Below are positions 53,441-63,211 of a DNA stretch of 64,000 nucleotides, piece by piece (position 1 is the first letter of the stretch; the number at the start of each line of letters is the position of its first letter). The translations under genes were made by a program, and so were the position numbers. This DNA is from an uncultured Chthonomonadaceae bacterium (GTDB lineage: Bacteria; Armatimonadota; Chthonomonadetes; Chthonomonadales; Chthonomonadaceae), in assembly GCA_963817895.1 (NCBI GenBank), contig CAWFQB010000003.1, positions 32,001 to 96,000 on the forward strand. Direction: 5' to 3'. The notes below the pieces were generated by a model, which ran no database searches, was not told the origin of the DNA, and saw nothing but the letters and a program-made list of their open reading frames with translations.

Positions 53441-56207
53441 TTGACGATTAAAACTATACGACTTTTGGGATTACCTCTCTTTGCGCTGTCAACTATGGGC
53501 ATAGTGTGCAGGGCGCAGACGGCATCTTCTACGCCCCCACCACCGGTACAGAAACGCACGCCGTACGATCTCAAAATGCTGGTGGAGCAGTCGAATTGGT
53601 ATGTGACGCAGCGCGGCCCTCTGCTCGCGCTCGATCCCGTCCTTGTGTATCGCGACTCTCGTATTCCGCTTCCGGTTCCCGGCCCCGCCGGTTACGAATT
53701 GCGGCTTGCCGCTCCCGGTTTTGACCGGATGCTCGTCAGTACGGGTGCGGTTTCCATCCTCGCGCCTGCGCAAATGACGCTGATTGACGACAAGCCCCGC
53801 GAACGCCCCAACCTTTACGATGGCCTGCCCCGCGACCTCAAAGTAAAATACCTGATGGCGACATTGACCCCGTCGCAGTGGAAAATGCTGGGCGAAAAAG
53901 GGCTGGGAGTGGGCGACCTGACGGGCGAACAGCAGCCCGTCTACCTTTCGCTTTTGCCCGACCCGTTTGTCGTGAAACGCTGGAACCGAGACGCGAACGG
54001 CGTTATGATTGGCGATAGTTCTTCCGTTACGCTCACGCCGGAACAGCGCGCGCAGACGCGATTGCGAATTCACCGCAACGCGCAGGTCATGGCTCCCCTG
54101 CAAAACAAGCCTCATACCTACATGTATGCCTCCCCTGACAGGTTTGCGCCGGGGGAGCCGAACGGCGCGGCATGGGAACGCGACACGCGGGACGAGGATA
54201 AAAGGACAGACCTGTTCGGCGTTAATTTACTTTCGGTCGTTCCCAACAAACTCAAGTCGTCACAACTGGATTACGCCTCGCCGCGCTTGAACGCGGTGGT
54301 TGAACTGACAGGCGCGGCCACGCCGGGCGAGTTGATTGCCCGCATCAGCGCGGCCACGCATCTGGAAATCTATGCGGATGGGCGTGTGGCGGGGTTGCCG
54401 CTTCTGATACGCGGCGAACGGGCGCGGGCCGGGGACGTGCTTAAAGGCTCTTGCGCTTGGCGTGACGGGAACGTTTCGCAAAGTAGACACGGCCTTTGTC
54501 CTGACCAATGACCTGACCGGAATTGGAACGCGGCAAATGCGGCTGGCAGAGTGGCAGGAACAGATTAAAGAAAAAACCGATCAGTTGGAAAAGGAGCTGA
54601 CAAAGCAGATTGTGCAGCACAGCGGCAAGGAGGGCGGCGTTCTCGCGCTCGGTTACGCCCCCAACGACCCCTGCCCATTGACGCCTGCCATAGAACAGGC
54701 CGTCCGTAAAGACCGCGTTATTTCCGCCGCAAACCTGACGCCCGCGCTGCAGCAATTGCTGCGCGATGCCGTCGCGGAACAGGCAAAAAATCCGAATGAC
54801 GAACAACTGCGCGATGACTCGGCCAGCATTGACATCTACTGGCAGTTCGCGTTTCAACTGCCAAACGGCGCAATCTTGCAGCATGAACGCGGATCGCTTG
54901 GCTCTTACCGGCAGTATTCTCCTGCACAGGAAACGAACCGGGCGGCAAATGGCGTGGGCGCGGCAGCGGAATTAAAGCCTTTTGCCCGCCATCCCCTGCC
55001 CGCGGGAACCAATCCGCGCGTCCTGTTTTTAGCGCCGCGCCATTCGCAAGACGCTGTTGATATGGCGCAAACGGCGCATAGCCTCGGATTTACGGAACTG
55101 ATTCTTTATACGGATGACAGAACCGTCCTTAAAGCGGCGATTGCCGAAGCCGGTAAAACGCGGGGCGGCACAGGCAACGCGCAACCCTCTTTGCGCGTTT
55201 GCGCTGCTGTCGCGCCGTTTGCCCCCGCGCCGAATGAAGCGCGAGCGCGAACGGCCTTGATGTAAATTTGATCGGAGAAACCGCCGCGCAAATCGTGGCT
55301 GCCCGCAGCGCGCAGACGCGCTGGAACCAATTTCAGAGTTGGACAGTGAAGGGGCCGTTTCCACGCCTTGTGCCGGAAAAGATCGTGGGCGTGACGAACG
55401 CGCTTGCTCCGGTCGGCCCGGAACAGCGCGCGCATTTCCGCAAGATCGCGGAACTGGCGCGAACGGAAGGATTGGCGGGACTGTTCCTGTACGACACGCA
55501 GCCCGGAGGCTACGCGGGCAAGCGTCCCCCGACTTCCTTCAGTACCAATGATGAAGTGCTGGCCGAGCGCGAAAATCTGGGCTACACGCCCGCTCTGCGC
55601 CTCGCATTTTTGCGTAAGGCAGGCGCGGACCCGCTTGATCTCACCCCGCCGCGTATCAGCGTGGATGTAGACCTCCTGCTGCCGTTTTTCCCTGACAAAG
55701 AGGCCACTCCCAGTTCCCGCGAGCCGCAACGGCAATCCCTGTCGGAGTTTGCCTCCCAGGAAGAGGAGGCGTGGGATGCGTTTCGGGCGGAAACCAACCG
55801 CAGAGCAATGTCGGATTTGTTCGCTCTGCTGCGCGAATCCGCGCCCAACCTGCCCCTCATGCTGGAAGTTCGCGCCGCCCTGAATAACGTCGCCGATTTT
55901 CAGCGATTTCTGGCCCGCGTGGGCCAGTTGGACGCGCCCGGAACACCTGCTCGTCGGCTCACCTGAATTGCATAACAGCGACAAGCGCCCACAACTCCCA
56001 AAGGGCGAACGGTATCTGTTCCCGATTCAGTTTTCCGCGTCCGAATTGCTGCCTGCCCGCCCGATACTCCGCGAAGAGATGGAACATTTACAAAGCGTTC
56101 AGGGCAAATTAAGCGCGGACTATCCGTTCGTTCTGGATTTTCGTTACCTGCCCGCTCCCCGCGCATTGTCACTGCTCAACGAGTTTATTGCGCCGGCAAG
56201 TCCGTAG
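53441..56207 (+). CDS. Large secreted hypothetical protein, probably one gene split by about three frameshifts
   Basis: Signal-peptide-like start; abutting ORFs 53441..54511, 54462..55265, 55268..55966, 55968..56207; STN-like segment 'LNAVVELTGAATPGELIARISAATHLEIYAD'. Confidence 0.55.
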
Positions 56208-56271
56208 AAGATACGAGATACGAGATACGAGGCACAAGCCGAACACCGAACACCCACGAAATGGAGGGGGG

Positions 56272-57135
56272 ATGCAGGCGCGTCTGGTTTCTTTGCTGAC
56301 AACGCAGGATCGCATGGAAATGTTCGTTCGCGGCGAACGCTGCGCGACGTATCGCTACGCCGAAGGGCAAATCCCCGGCTTCGTCAGTCTGTCCGCTCCC
56401 GGCGAACGCCTGATTACGCAGCCCAACGCGGACGGATTGGGAATGTGGCTGACATGCGAGGGAAAAGGGAAAAGGGTAAAGGGAAAAGAAGAGGAATCCC
56501 TCTTAACTCTCGACTCTCAACTCTCAACTCCTTCATCCTTTGCTACTATCGAAATGACGGCGCGGCGGGGGGCGTATTCTGTGGGATTTCAGCACGAATG
56601 CGCGTGGCTGAATGGGGCGGGGGAACGGCTGCTGACGGATACGCGGACGGTTCGGGTTGCGCCGGGGCCGAGCGAGGGGGCGATACTTGACATTGCCCTG
56701 CGCTTGCAGGCGGAAGCGGAACGGGGCGTGAGTTTTGCGCCCTCACAAGGGGGATTGCTGTGTCTGCGCGTGGCGTCCGGGCTGTTCGATTCGGGTACGG
56801 AGTTGATCGGCGGCGGGCAAATCCGCAACAACCGGGGCGAGTACGGCATGGCCGCATTGCACGGACGGCAGGCAAAATGGTGCGCGGGCGCGGGCGTGAT
56901 ACAGGGCGAAACGGTTGGCTTCGCGTTTCTGGAACATCCGCACAACCCGTATTTCCCCTCCCCGTGGATTGCCCGCGCGGATGGCCTTTTATCCCCCTCG
57001 CCCTTCGGCTGGCGCAGCCTGACGCTTGCTCCCGGCGACCGTCTCGACCTGCGCTACCGTATTTTGATTTACATGGGCTACGTCAATCAGGGATGGGCGG
57101 ATGCGCGTTTACAGGATTTTGCGCGGGAGGTTTGA
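56272..57135 (+). CDS. DUF6807 / 'PmoA'-family (PF14100-like) protein
   Basis: GGAGG RBS; 'WLNGAGERLLTDTR', 'GGLLCLRVA', 'FLEHPHNP', 'PWIARADG', 'LRYRILI'. Confidence 0.65.
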   Translation: MQARLVSLLTTQDRMEMFVRGERCATYRYAEGQIPGFVSLSAPGERLITQPNADGLGMWLTCEGKGKRVKGKEEESLLTLDSQLSTPSSFATIEMTARRGAYSVGFQHECAWLNGAGERLLTDTRTVRVAPGPSEGAILDIALRLQAEAERGVSFAPSQGGLLCLRVASGLFDSGTELIGGGQIRNNRGEYGMAALHGRQAKWCAGAGVIQGETVGFAFLEHPHNPYFPSPWIARADGLLSPSPFGWRSLTLAPGDRLDLRYRILIYMGYVNQGWADARLQDFAREV

Positions 57136-57137
57136 AG

Positions 57138-57180
57138 CCCTCAACCCCCAGCCCCTTCTCCCAACATTGGGAGAAGGGGA
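57138..57180. repeat. REP-like palindromic element between convergent genes
   Basis: CCCTCAACCCCCAGCCCCTTCTCCCAA-CA-TTGGGAGAAGGGG; near-copy of 14237-14283. Confidence 0.75.
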
Positions 57181-57190
57181 GTATGTGAAA

Positions 57191-58181
57191 TTAACGTCGT
57201 ATATTGGTGGAAGCGCGGGAACGGGCGGCTTCGATCTCCTTGCGCGTGGACAGCAGCAGGTCGCCGGGCATGGTGTGTTTCAGCGCGGCCATCGCGACTC
57301 CGTATTCCAATCCGGCGTGAAAATCGTTTTGCAGATAGCCCAAAATCACGCCCGCGTTGAACGCGTCCCCGGCCCCGACCCGATCCACAACCTGCCCCAA
57401 CGTGTGCGGCGACGCGGCCCAATCCCCCGCATCGTCACAGGCCAACGCGCCGCCCCCGCCCAACGTCACCACAACCGTTCCGCAACCGTAACGCGCCTTC
57501 AATTCTCGCGCAACCTGCGCCCCTTCCCCCGTAATTCCGAACAGCAGTTCCGCATCGGCAAGCGGCGTCAGCAGCAAGTCAATGTGAGGCAGGAGCGGTT
57601 CCAGAACCTGCTTCGCCTGCTCCGCGTTCCACAGTTTGGCGCGATAGTTGATGTCGAACGAGATGCGCGTACCCGCCTGTTTCGCCGTCTGCATGGCGTG
57701 GAGAATGGCCTCCGCGCAGGACGGACTGAGCGCGGGCGTGATGCCGGACAGGTGCAGCAGGCGGGCGCGGGCAATACGGTCGTCGTCAACATCTGTCGGG
57801 CGTGAGCGTACTGGCCGAAGATTCGGCGCGGTCATAATACACGTCAATGCCGCGCGGCGGCAGGCCGAAATCCAGAAAATAGGTTCCGGCGCGGGCGGTT
57901 GGGGTTTCGTCCCAGACCACATCGGACGTATCCACGCCCCACCGCCGAATTTCGTTTTCAATGCGCCGTCCGAGCGGGTTGGCGGGCAGTTTGCTCCACC
58001 ACGCCGTACGCAAACCGAGCCGCGCAAGCGCCACAGCGGTATTCGATTCCGAGCCGCCAATCCGTACGTCCAGCGTGATGGCCTCTTCCAGTCGGCTGAA
58101 ACCCGGCGCGCTCAACCGCAGCATCGTTTCTCCGAAGGTCAGTACATCTAAGTCGCGCCCAGTTTGCTTGTCCTCAATCAA
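57191..58181 (-). CDS. kdgK: PfkB-family sugar kinase (2-dehydro-3-deoxygluconokinase-like; frameshift ~57795)
   Basis: FGETMLRL, GGSESNTAVALARLG, YYDRAES, HLSGITPALS, FDINYR, DRVGAGDAF. Confidence 0.85.
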
Positions 58182-59080
58182 CTTGCTTTCGTCTCCGCTT
58201 CTGCTCGTTCCAGCATTGCAATTATGGCATCATAGCCGTGTGTTGTCGCTTCCTTCACTTCCCGCGCATAGTTCCGCGCATAGTTAGACTCGCTAAAAAT
58301 GTGTCGTCTCGCAATTGCTGCTTCCCGCGCCGTTTGGTTGTCTGGCTTAGTCTTTAGATACGGATTAGCGTGATATTCCAGCAGGACGGGAACAACACTC
58401 GTACAATTGCATGTGGCGGCTAGGTATAAAGCCGTACTGCCGTCATACCCCTGCGCATTTACATTTGCGCCAGATTCCAGCAACAGCCGTATGACTTGCG
58501 GGTAATCCCATAAAACGGCTTCATGCAGTGGCGTATGTCCCGATGCATCACAAGCATTCACATCCGCGCCATGCGCCAGCAAATCCTCTATCATACCCAA
58601 TCGCCATGGAATTGCATGCTCGTATTCTTCATACTCACGGCAGCAAGCATTACACAGTGAAGAACCACCCGGTCGCTCTGTTTTGGCTCCTTTTTGCAAT
58701 AACATGTGAACCGTTTCAAAGGACAGTCCGGCAGCGGCTTCCTCTAAAATTGTCGTGTCATAGATTCCCATCGCATTGATGTCCTCCCCATGTTCCAGTA
58801 ACAGGGCGACAATAGAAACATGGTTATTGTACGCGGCGTGATAGATTGCAGAAGCGGGATTTGCTCCCTCTTCGAGCAGCAGGCGAACAATCGCTTCGTG
58901 CCCTGATCTCGCCGCGTTGATAATAGCGGTTTCATCTCCTTCATCCACAGCATTCAGAAACCGCAAATACTCGGACGAAGATAATACTTCGCGCTGTTGA
59001 TTCAGTAAACGGTTTACTGTGGCGAAATCACCCTGTTCCACAGCAGTATGAAGATCATCTGGATTAGCAACGTGATCCAT
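58178..59080 (-). CDS. Ankyrin repeat protein
   Basis: Repeated GHTPLHEA / GSTALYLAA / LLEHGEDIN / LLESGANVNAQ units. Confidence 0.92.
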   Translation of the reverse strand: MDHVANPDDLHTAVEQGDFATVNRLLNQQREVLSSSEYLRFLNAVDEGDETAIINAARSGHEAIVRLLLEEGANPASAIYHAAYNNHVSIVALLLEHGEDINAMGIYDTTILEEAAAGLSFETVHMLLQKGAKTERPGGSSLCNACCREYEEYEHAIPWRLGMIEDLLAHGADVNACDASGHTPLHEAVLWDYPQVIRLLLESGANVNAQGYDGSTALYLAATCNCTSVVPVLLEYHANPYLKTKPDNQTAREAAIARRHIFSESNYARNYAREVKEATTHGYDAIIAMLERAEAETKAS

Positions 59081-59100
59081 AGCGTCACCGCTCCTGTTAA

Positions 59101-60242
59101 CTCACCTTACGCAGGCGAGCAGTTTGTAGTCACAGATTTGCTGTTGTTGACGGTAGAATAGTGTCATGGACAAACAACTTCTGGACCTTTACTCAGACTA
59201 TCTCCTTTGTTCGTTCGGCCTGACTACCGCGACGGGCCTTTCCACCCTGCTCGACGGCGCGATTAGCCACGACAAGATCACGCGGTTCTTGTCAGGACGT
59301 GACTTCACTTCTTCGGACCTGTGGCATCTGGTCAAACCCTTGGTACGGCAGGTACAATGTGAAGACGCAGTTCTGGTCTTCGATGACAGCATCGAAGAAA
59401 AACTCTATACGGATGAAAGCGAACTCATTTGCTGGCATTGGGATCATTGCTTCAACCGCAACGTGAAGGGCATCAACATTCTGACCTGTTTGTATCGCGC
59501 GCCGACTGCCGCTCTGCCCGTTGCCTTCGAGTTGATCCAAAAGTCGGCTTGGGAAACGCATAAGAAGACGGGCAAACCCAAGCGAGTGTGTCCCAAGACC
59601 AAGAACGAATACCTGCGCGAGATGGTGGCGCAATGTCAGAAGAACCAATTGCCTTTTCGCTATGTCCTGGCCGACGCTTGGTTCAGCGCGGCAGAAACGA
59701 TGATGCACCTCAAAAACGAAGGCAAAACCGACTTTATCTTCCCGATTAAGGCCAACCGCAAGGTGGCTTTGTCCCAGGAAGACAAGTTGGCAGGCCGCTA
59801 TATGCCCGTATCCTCGCTTTGCTGCGAAGCGGACGCCGTATTGAACATCTGGCTGGAGGGGGTAAACTTCCCCCTTCTGCTGTGTAAGCAGGTCTTTACA
59901 AACAAGGACGGCAGCCAGGGCGTTCTCTATCTCGTGACGAGTGACACGACGTTAAGCGGTTGCGACATCCAGACGATCTACCAAAAACGGTGGAAAGTTG
60001 AAGAGTATCACAAATCGGTCAAGAGCAATGCGAGTTTCGCCAAGTCGCCGACCAAAACTATTCGGACCCAGAGCAACCATATCTTCGCCTGTTTATGGGC
60101 GTATGTGAAGTTGGAAAGTCTGCGTTTGCAGACGCGCTTGAACCATTTTGCGATGAAAGGCAGGCTCTACAAAGCGGCCCTTGCCAGCGCCTACCGCGAA
60201 CTACAACTGCTCAAAGGCATGAGTGCGCCTGCGTAAGGTGAG
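59101..60242 (+). mobile_element. Complete insertion sequence (IS701-like), 1142 bp, 17-bp TIRs, 7-bp direct repeat
   Basis: CTCACCTTACGCAGGCG (59101-59117) and exact reverse complement (60226-60242); CTGTTAA flanks both sides (59094-59100, 60243-60249). Confidence 0.93.
59166..60236 (+). CDS. DDE transposase (IS701-like)
   Basis: SHDKITRFL, VFDDSIEEK, VLADAWFS, YQKRWKVEEYHKSVK; stop codon lies inside the right TIR. Confidence 0.92.
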   Translation: MDKQLLDLYSDYLLCSFGLTTATGLSTLLDGAISHDKITRFLSGRDFTSSDLWHLVKPLVRQVQCEDAVLVFDDSIEEKLYTDESELICWHWDHCFNRNVKGINILTCLYRAPTAALPVAFELIQKSAWETHKKTGKPKRVCPKTKNEYLREMVAQCQKNQLPFRYVLADAWFSAAETMMHLKNEGKTDFIFPIKANRKVALSQEDKLAGRYMPVSSLCCEADAVLNIWLEGVNFPLLLCKQVFTNKDGSQGVLYLVTSDTTLSGCDIQTIYQKRWKVEEYHKSVKSNASFAKSPTKTIRTQSNHIFACLWAYVKLESLRLQTRLNHFAMKGRLYKAALASAYRELQLLKGMSAPA

Positions 60243-60245
60243 CTG

Positions 60246-61487
60246 TTAATGAACAATTAAGACGTGAGCAACGCCGACGATTGCGCCGCCGAGCACCAGC
60301 CATGCGGAGTTGACGCGCCAGCGCAGCAACAACAGGAGACTTATTCCACATAAAACGATGGTAGTTACATCTTTGAGCGCGTTCTGCGCGAGTTATCCTG
60401 TCACCAAAGCCATTAAAGCGAGGGACGCGACATTCACGCCGTCCAGAAACGCGCCCGCTAACTTAGATTGTCGGATACGCGCAACGAGCGGGCCGCTCAG
60501 GGCGACAAAGGCGAACGCGGGCAGGAAGATGCCTAACGTCGCCACGATTGCGCCTTTGGGACCGGCCAGAATGTACCCGATAAACGTTGCCGTTGTGAAT
60601 ACGGGACCGGGCGTTACCTGTCCGATGGCGACCGCGTCCAGCAGTTGCCCTGTTGTCAGTCATGCGCGTTTTGTCACCAGATCGTCGCGTAGAAAGGCGA
60701 GCAACACATACCCGCTGCCGTACACGACCGAGCCGAGTTTCAGAAACACAAGGCCGAGAGTGGTCAAGCCGAGCGTGGAAGACGCTCCGGCATAGCGGCT
60801 TAATACGAGGGGCAATGCAATCACTGCGCCGAACGTGAGCAGCAGTACAAGCAGCGGGCGTAAACTCTCTTTGCCCTTTCCATTTATCCACGCCGTGCCG
60901 CCCGCTGCCAGCCCGGACGCGCCTAATGCCAGCAAGGGATTTGCGCCCATTGCCGCCATCAGCAACGCGCCGACACCCACTGCGCCGAGGAACCGCGTCT
61001 TGATCGCTGTTTTACGCAGATTCCACAACGCCTGCGCGACAATGGCGACCACAACCGGCTTCACGCCGTACAATGCGCCCGCGATTTGCGGCAATTGCCC
61101 GAAGCGCGTATATGCCCACGCCAACAGCATGACCAGCAGAAACGCGGGCAAAATAAAGCACGTTCCCGCCAGAAACAGGCCCATCCATCCGGCTTTGCGA
61201 TACCCGATATGGATCGCCAATTCCGTTGAAGAGGGGCCGGGAACCAGATTGGACGCGCCAAGCAGGTCCAGAAACTGCTCCTTCGTGAGCCACTGCCGAC
61301 GCTCCACAACCTCCTGCTGCATCATGGCGATGTGCGCGGCAGGCCCTCCGAACGCCGTTGTTCCCAACCGCAGAAACAGGCGGGCCAGTTCCGCAGGCAC
61401 AGCCGATTGCGTTGTCGCTTCCGCAGGCCCAGTCGATGCGGGCGTTGTTTCCGGCAGGGCGGCATTATCTTCGGGTTCAGGATTTAT
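60246..61487 (-). pseudogene. chrA: Chromate efflux transporter ChrA (long chain) with two in-frame nonsense codons
   Basis: FLRLGTTAFGGPAAH, PGPSSTE, YGSGYVL, GQVTPGPVFTTATFIGY. In-frame TGA at 60660-60662 and TAA at 60393-60395; natural stop 60246-60248. Confidence 0.88.
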
Positions 61488-61494
61488 CCGTCGC

Positions 61495-61971
61495 TCACAA
61501 TGCGTTTTCCGCGGCTTCGCGAATGGCGGTCAGTACCTCATCGCTGTGTCCCGGCACTTTCACCTTGCGGAAAATGGTACGAATTTTGCCGCCGGGGGCA
61601 ATCACATACGTCGCGCGTTCAATGCCCATATATTGCCGCCCGTACATGGATTTTTCCGCCCACACGCCGTACTCCTCCGCCGTCTTGTGTTCCGTGTCCG
61701 CCAGCAGGTGAAACGGCAGGTTGTACTTGTCGGCAAACGCGAGCTGCGCTTTGCTTTCGTCGGGGCTGATACCGAGCAGTACCGCGTTTTCGCCGCTGAA
61801 CTCTTCCCGCGCGTCCCGAAACGCGCAGGCTTCCGCCGTGCAGCCGGAGGTATCCGCTTTGGGGTAAAAGAACAGCACAACGGTTTTATCTTTCAGGCCG
61901 GACAGCATAACCGTTTCGCCATTCTGGTCGGGCAGGCTGAAATCGGGGGCCATATCGCCAACATGCAGCAT
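61495..61971 (-). CDS. bcp: Thioredoxin-dependent peroxiredoxin BCP
   Basis: APDFSL, FFYPKADTSGCTAEACAFRD, GIERATYVI. Confidence 0.95.
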   Translation of the reverse strand: MLHVGDMAPDFSLPDQNGETVMLSGLKDKTVVLFFYPKADTSGCTAEACAFRDAREEFSGENAVLLGISPDESKAQLAFADKYNLPFHLLADTEHKTAEEYGVWAEKSMYGRQYMGIERATYVIAPGGKIRTIFRKVKVPGHSDEVLTAIREAAENAL

Positions 61972-62227
61972 CGCGTATAATCCTTTTTGATCTTGGTGTG
62001 GTTTTCAAGCCGACCGTGTTAGCCCTTGCAAAGCAGTTGGCAGCCGACAGTCTGCTATTCGACACGCGCATTATCATTTCCTGTGATTTGCGCTTGCGCG
62101 GACAATATTTCGGCATGATTCGGAATATGCCTGCTTGCCGAGTCTGAGTAGTCGGGGTATCATAGAGAGACAAGCGCTTTGATTTGTGTCACATTTTCGT
62201 TTCAACGTCACTGAGGAAAGCCACCCC

Positions 62228-63196
62228 ATGAACCCTATTGCTGCTAGTGTTATCCATCCGGCGCAGATTCCGATGCGGGGAAGCCGCTTGTTCGGCGCTT
62301 TGGTCGCGCTTGGCTTGCTGTTGTCGTGTTGTCAGGTCGTGTTTGCGCAAAGCGCGGGAGAACATTTTCAGGCCGTTCCCTTGCTTGGTCCCGCCACCCG
62401 TCTTGAACCGGGCATTCTGCTGCATCAGGTGACACTGACGCATAACGGCGTACCGCAGAACCTCTGGATTTACGAGCCGGAACAACCGGCAGACGGCAAA
62501 CGGCCGGTCGTGCTAATTGGGGGCGCAGGCAGCCATTTGATTGACGGCATGACACTCAGCGCCAGTGACCGCCCGGAACATTTGCCGTATGTCCGCGCCG
62601 GGTTCGTGGTTGTCGCGTATGACATCAGCGGCATGTTGCCCGCAAAAAAGAGCGATCAAGGGTTTATCCGCGCTGTGCGCGATTTCAAGGCCGCGCAAGC
62701 CGGGGTTGTCAATATGCGCGCCGCGTTGGAATACGCCCTCGCGGGAATTCCCAACCTTGACGCCAAACGGCTGTATACGGCGGGACACAGTTCGGCGGCT
62801 ACCCTATCCCTGTTGTCCGCAGAGCGCGAACCCCGTATTGCAGCCTGCATCGCGTATGCGCCCTGCTGCGACCTCAAAAAGCGTGTGGGCGCGGAAGCCA
62901 TCAAGACGCTCACCTCCGTTATGCCGGATTATCCGGCTTTCGTGCAGCAGAGTTCTCCGCTGGAAAATACCGCGCTATTGAAGTGTCCTGTGTTCGTGTT
63001 TCATGCCGATGACGACACCAACGTTCCGACAGAAGATAATATTATTTTTGTGAACAAACTGAAACAGACGAATGAGAGAGTGACGTTCATGCGTGTCCCA
63101 ACAGGCGACCACTATCACTCCATGATTAATCAGGGCATTTCCAAAGCTATTCAATGGCTGCAACAGTTGCCACTTCCCGCTTCTGCGACAAAATAA
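62228..63196 (+). CDS. Secreted alpha/beta hydrolase (S9/prolyl-oligopeptidase-like)
   Basis: Signal peptide, YTAGHSSAA nucleophile elbow, FHADDDTNVP, GDHYHSM. Confidence 0.8.
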   Translation: MNPIAASVIHPAQIPMRGSRLFGALVALGLLLSCCQVVFAQSAGEHFQAVPLLGPATRLEPGILLHQVTLTHNGVPQNLWIYEPEQPADGKRPVVLIGGAGSHLIDGMTLSASDRPEHLPYVRAGFVVVAYDISGMLPAKKSDQGFIRAVRDFKAAQAGVVNMRAALEYALAGIPNLDAKRLYTAGHSSAATLSLLSAEREPRIAACIAYAPCCDLKKRVGAEAIKTLTSVMPDYPAFVQQSSPLENTALLKCPVFVFHADDDTNVPTEDNIIFVNKLKQTNERVTFMRVPTGDHYHSMINQGISKAIQWLQQLPLPASATK

Positions 63197-63211
63197 GGAC
63201 AGCACAACACT

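Noticed and set aside
56272..57135. Particulate methane monooxygenase
   Set aside because: It is a soluble beta-rich protein with no pmoC/pmoB neighbours; the 'PmoA' family label does not indicate methanotrophy.
960..58181. Many frameshifted genes (ftsH, tilS, ECF sigma, GH172, S9B, PQQ dehydrogenase, kptA, reductase, ssuB, GH30, kdgK) as pseudogenes or programmed frameshifts
   Set aside because: They are single-base indels without evident slippery sites or other decay, and they hit normally essential genes (ftsH, tilS). The simplest explanation is long-read consensus error; read polishing would decide.
60393..60662. Stop-codon recoding (TGA as Trp or Sec) in chrA
   Set aside because: A second in-frame stop is TAA, and TGA is used as a normal stop throughout the window.
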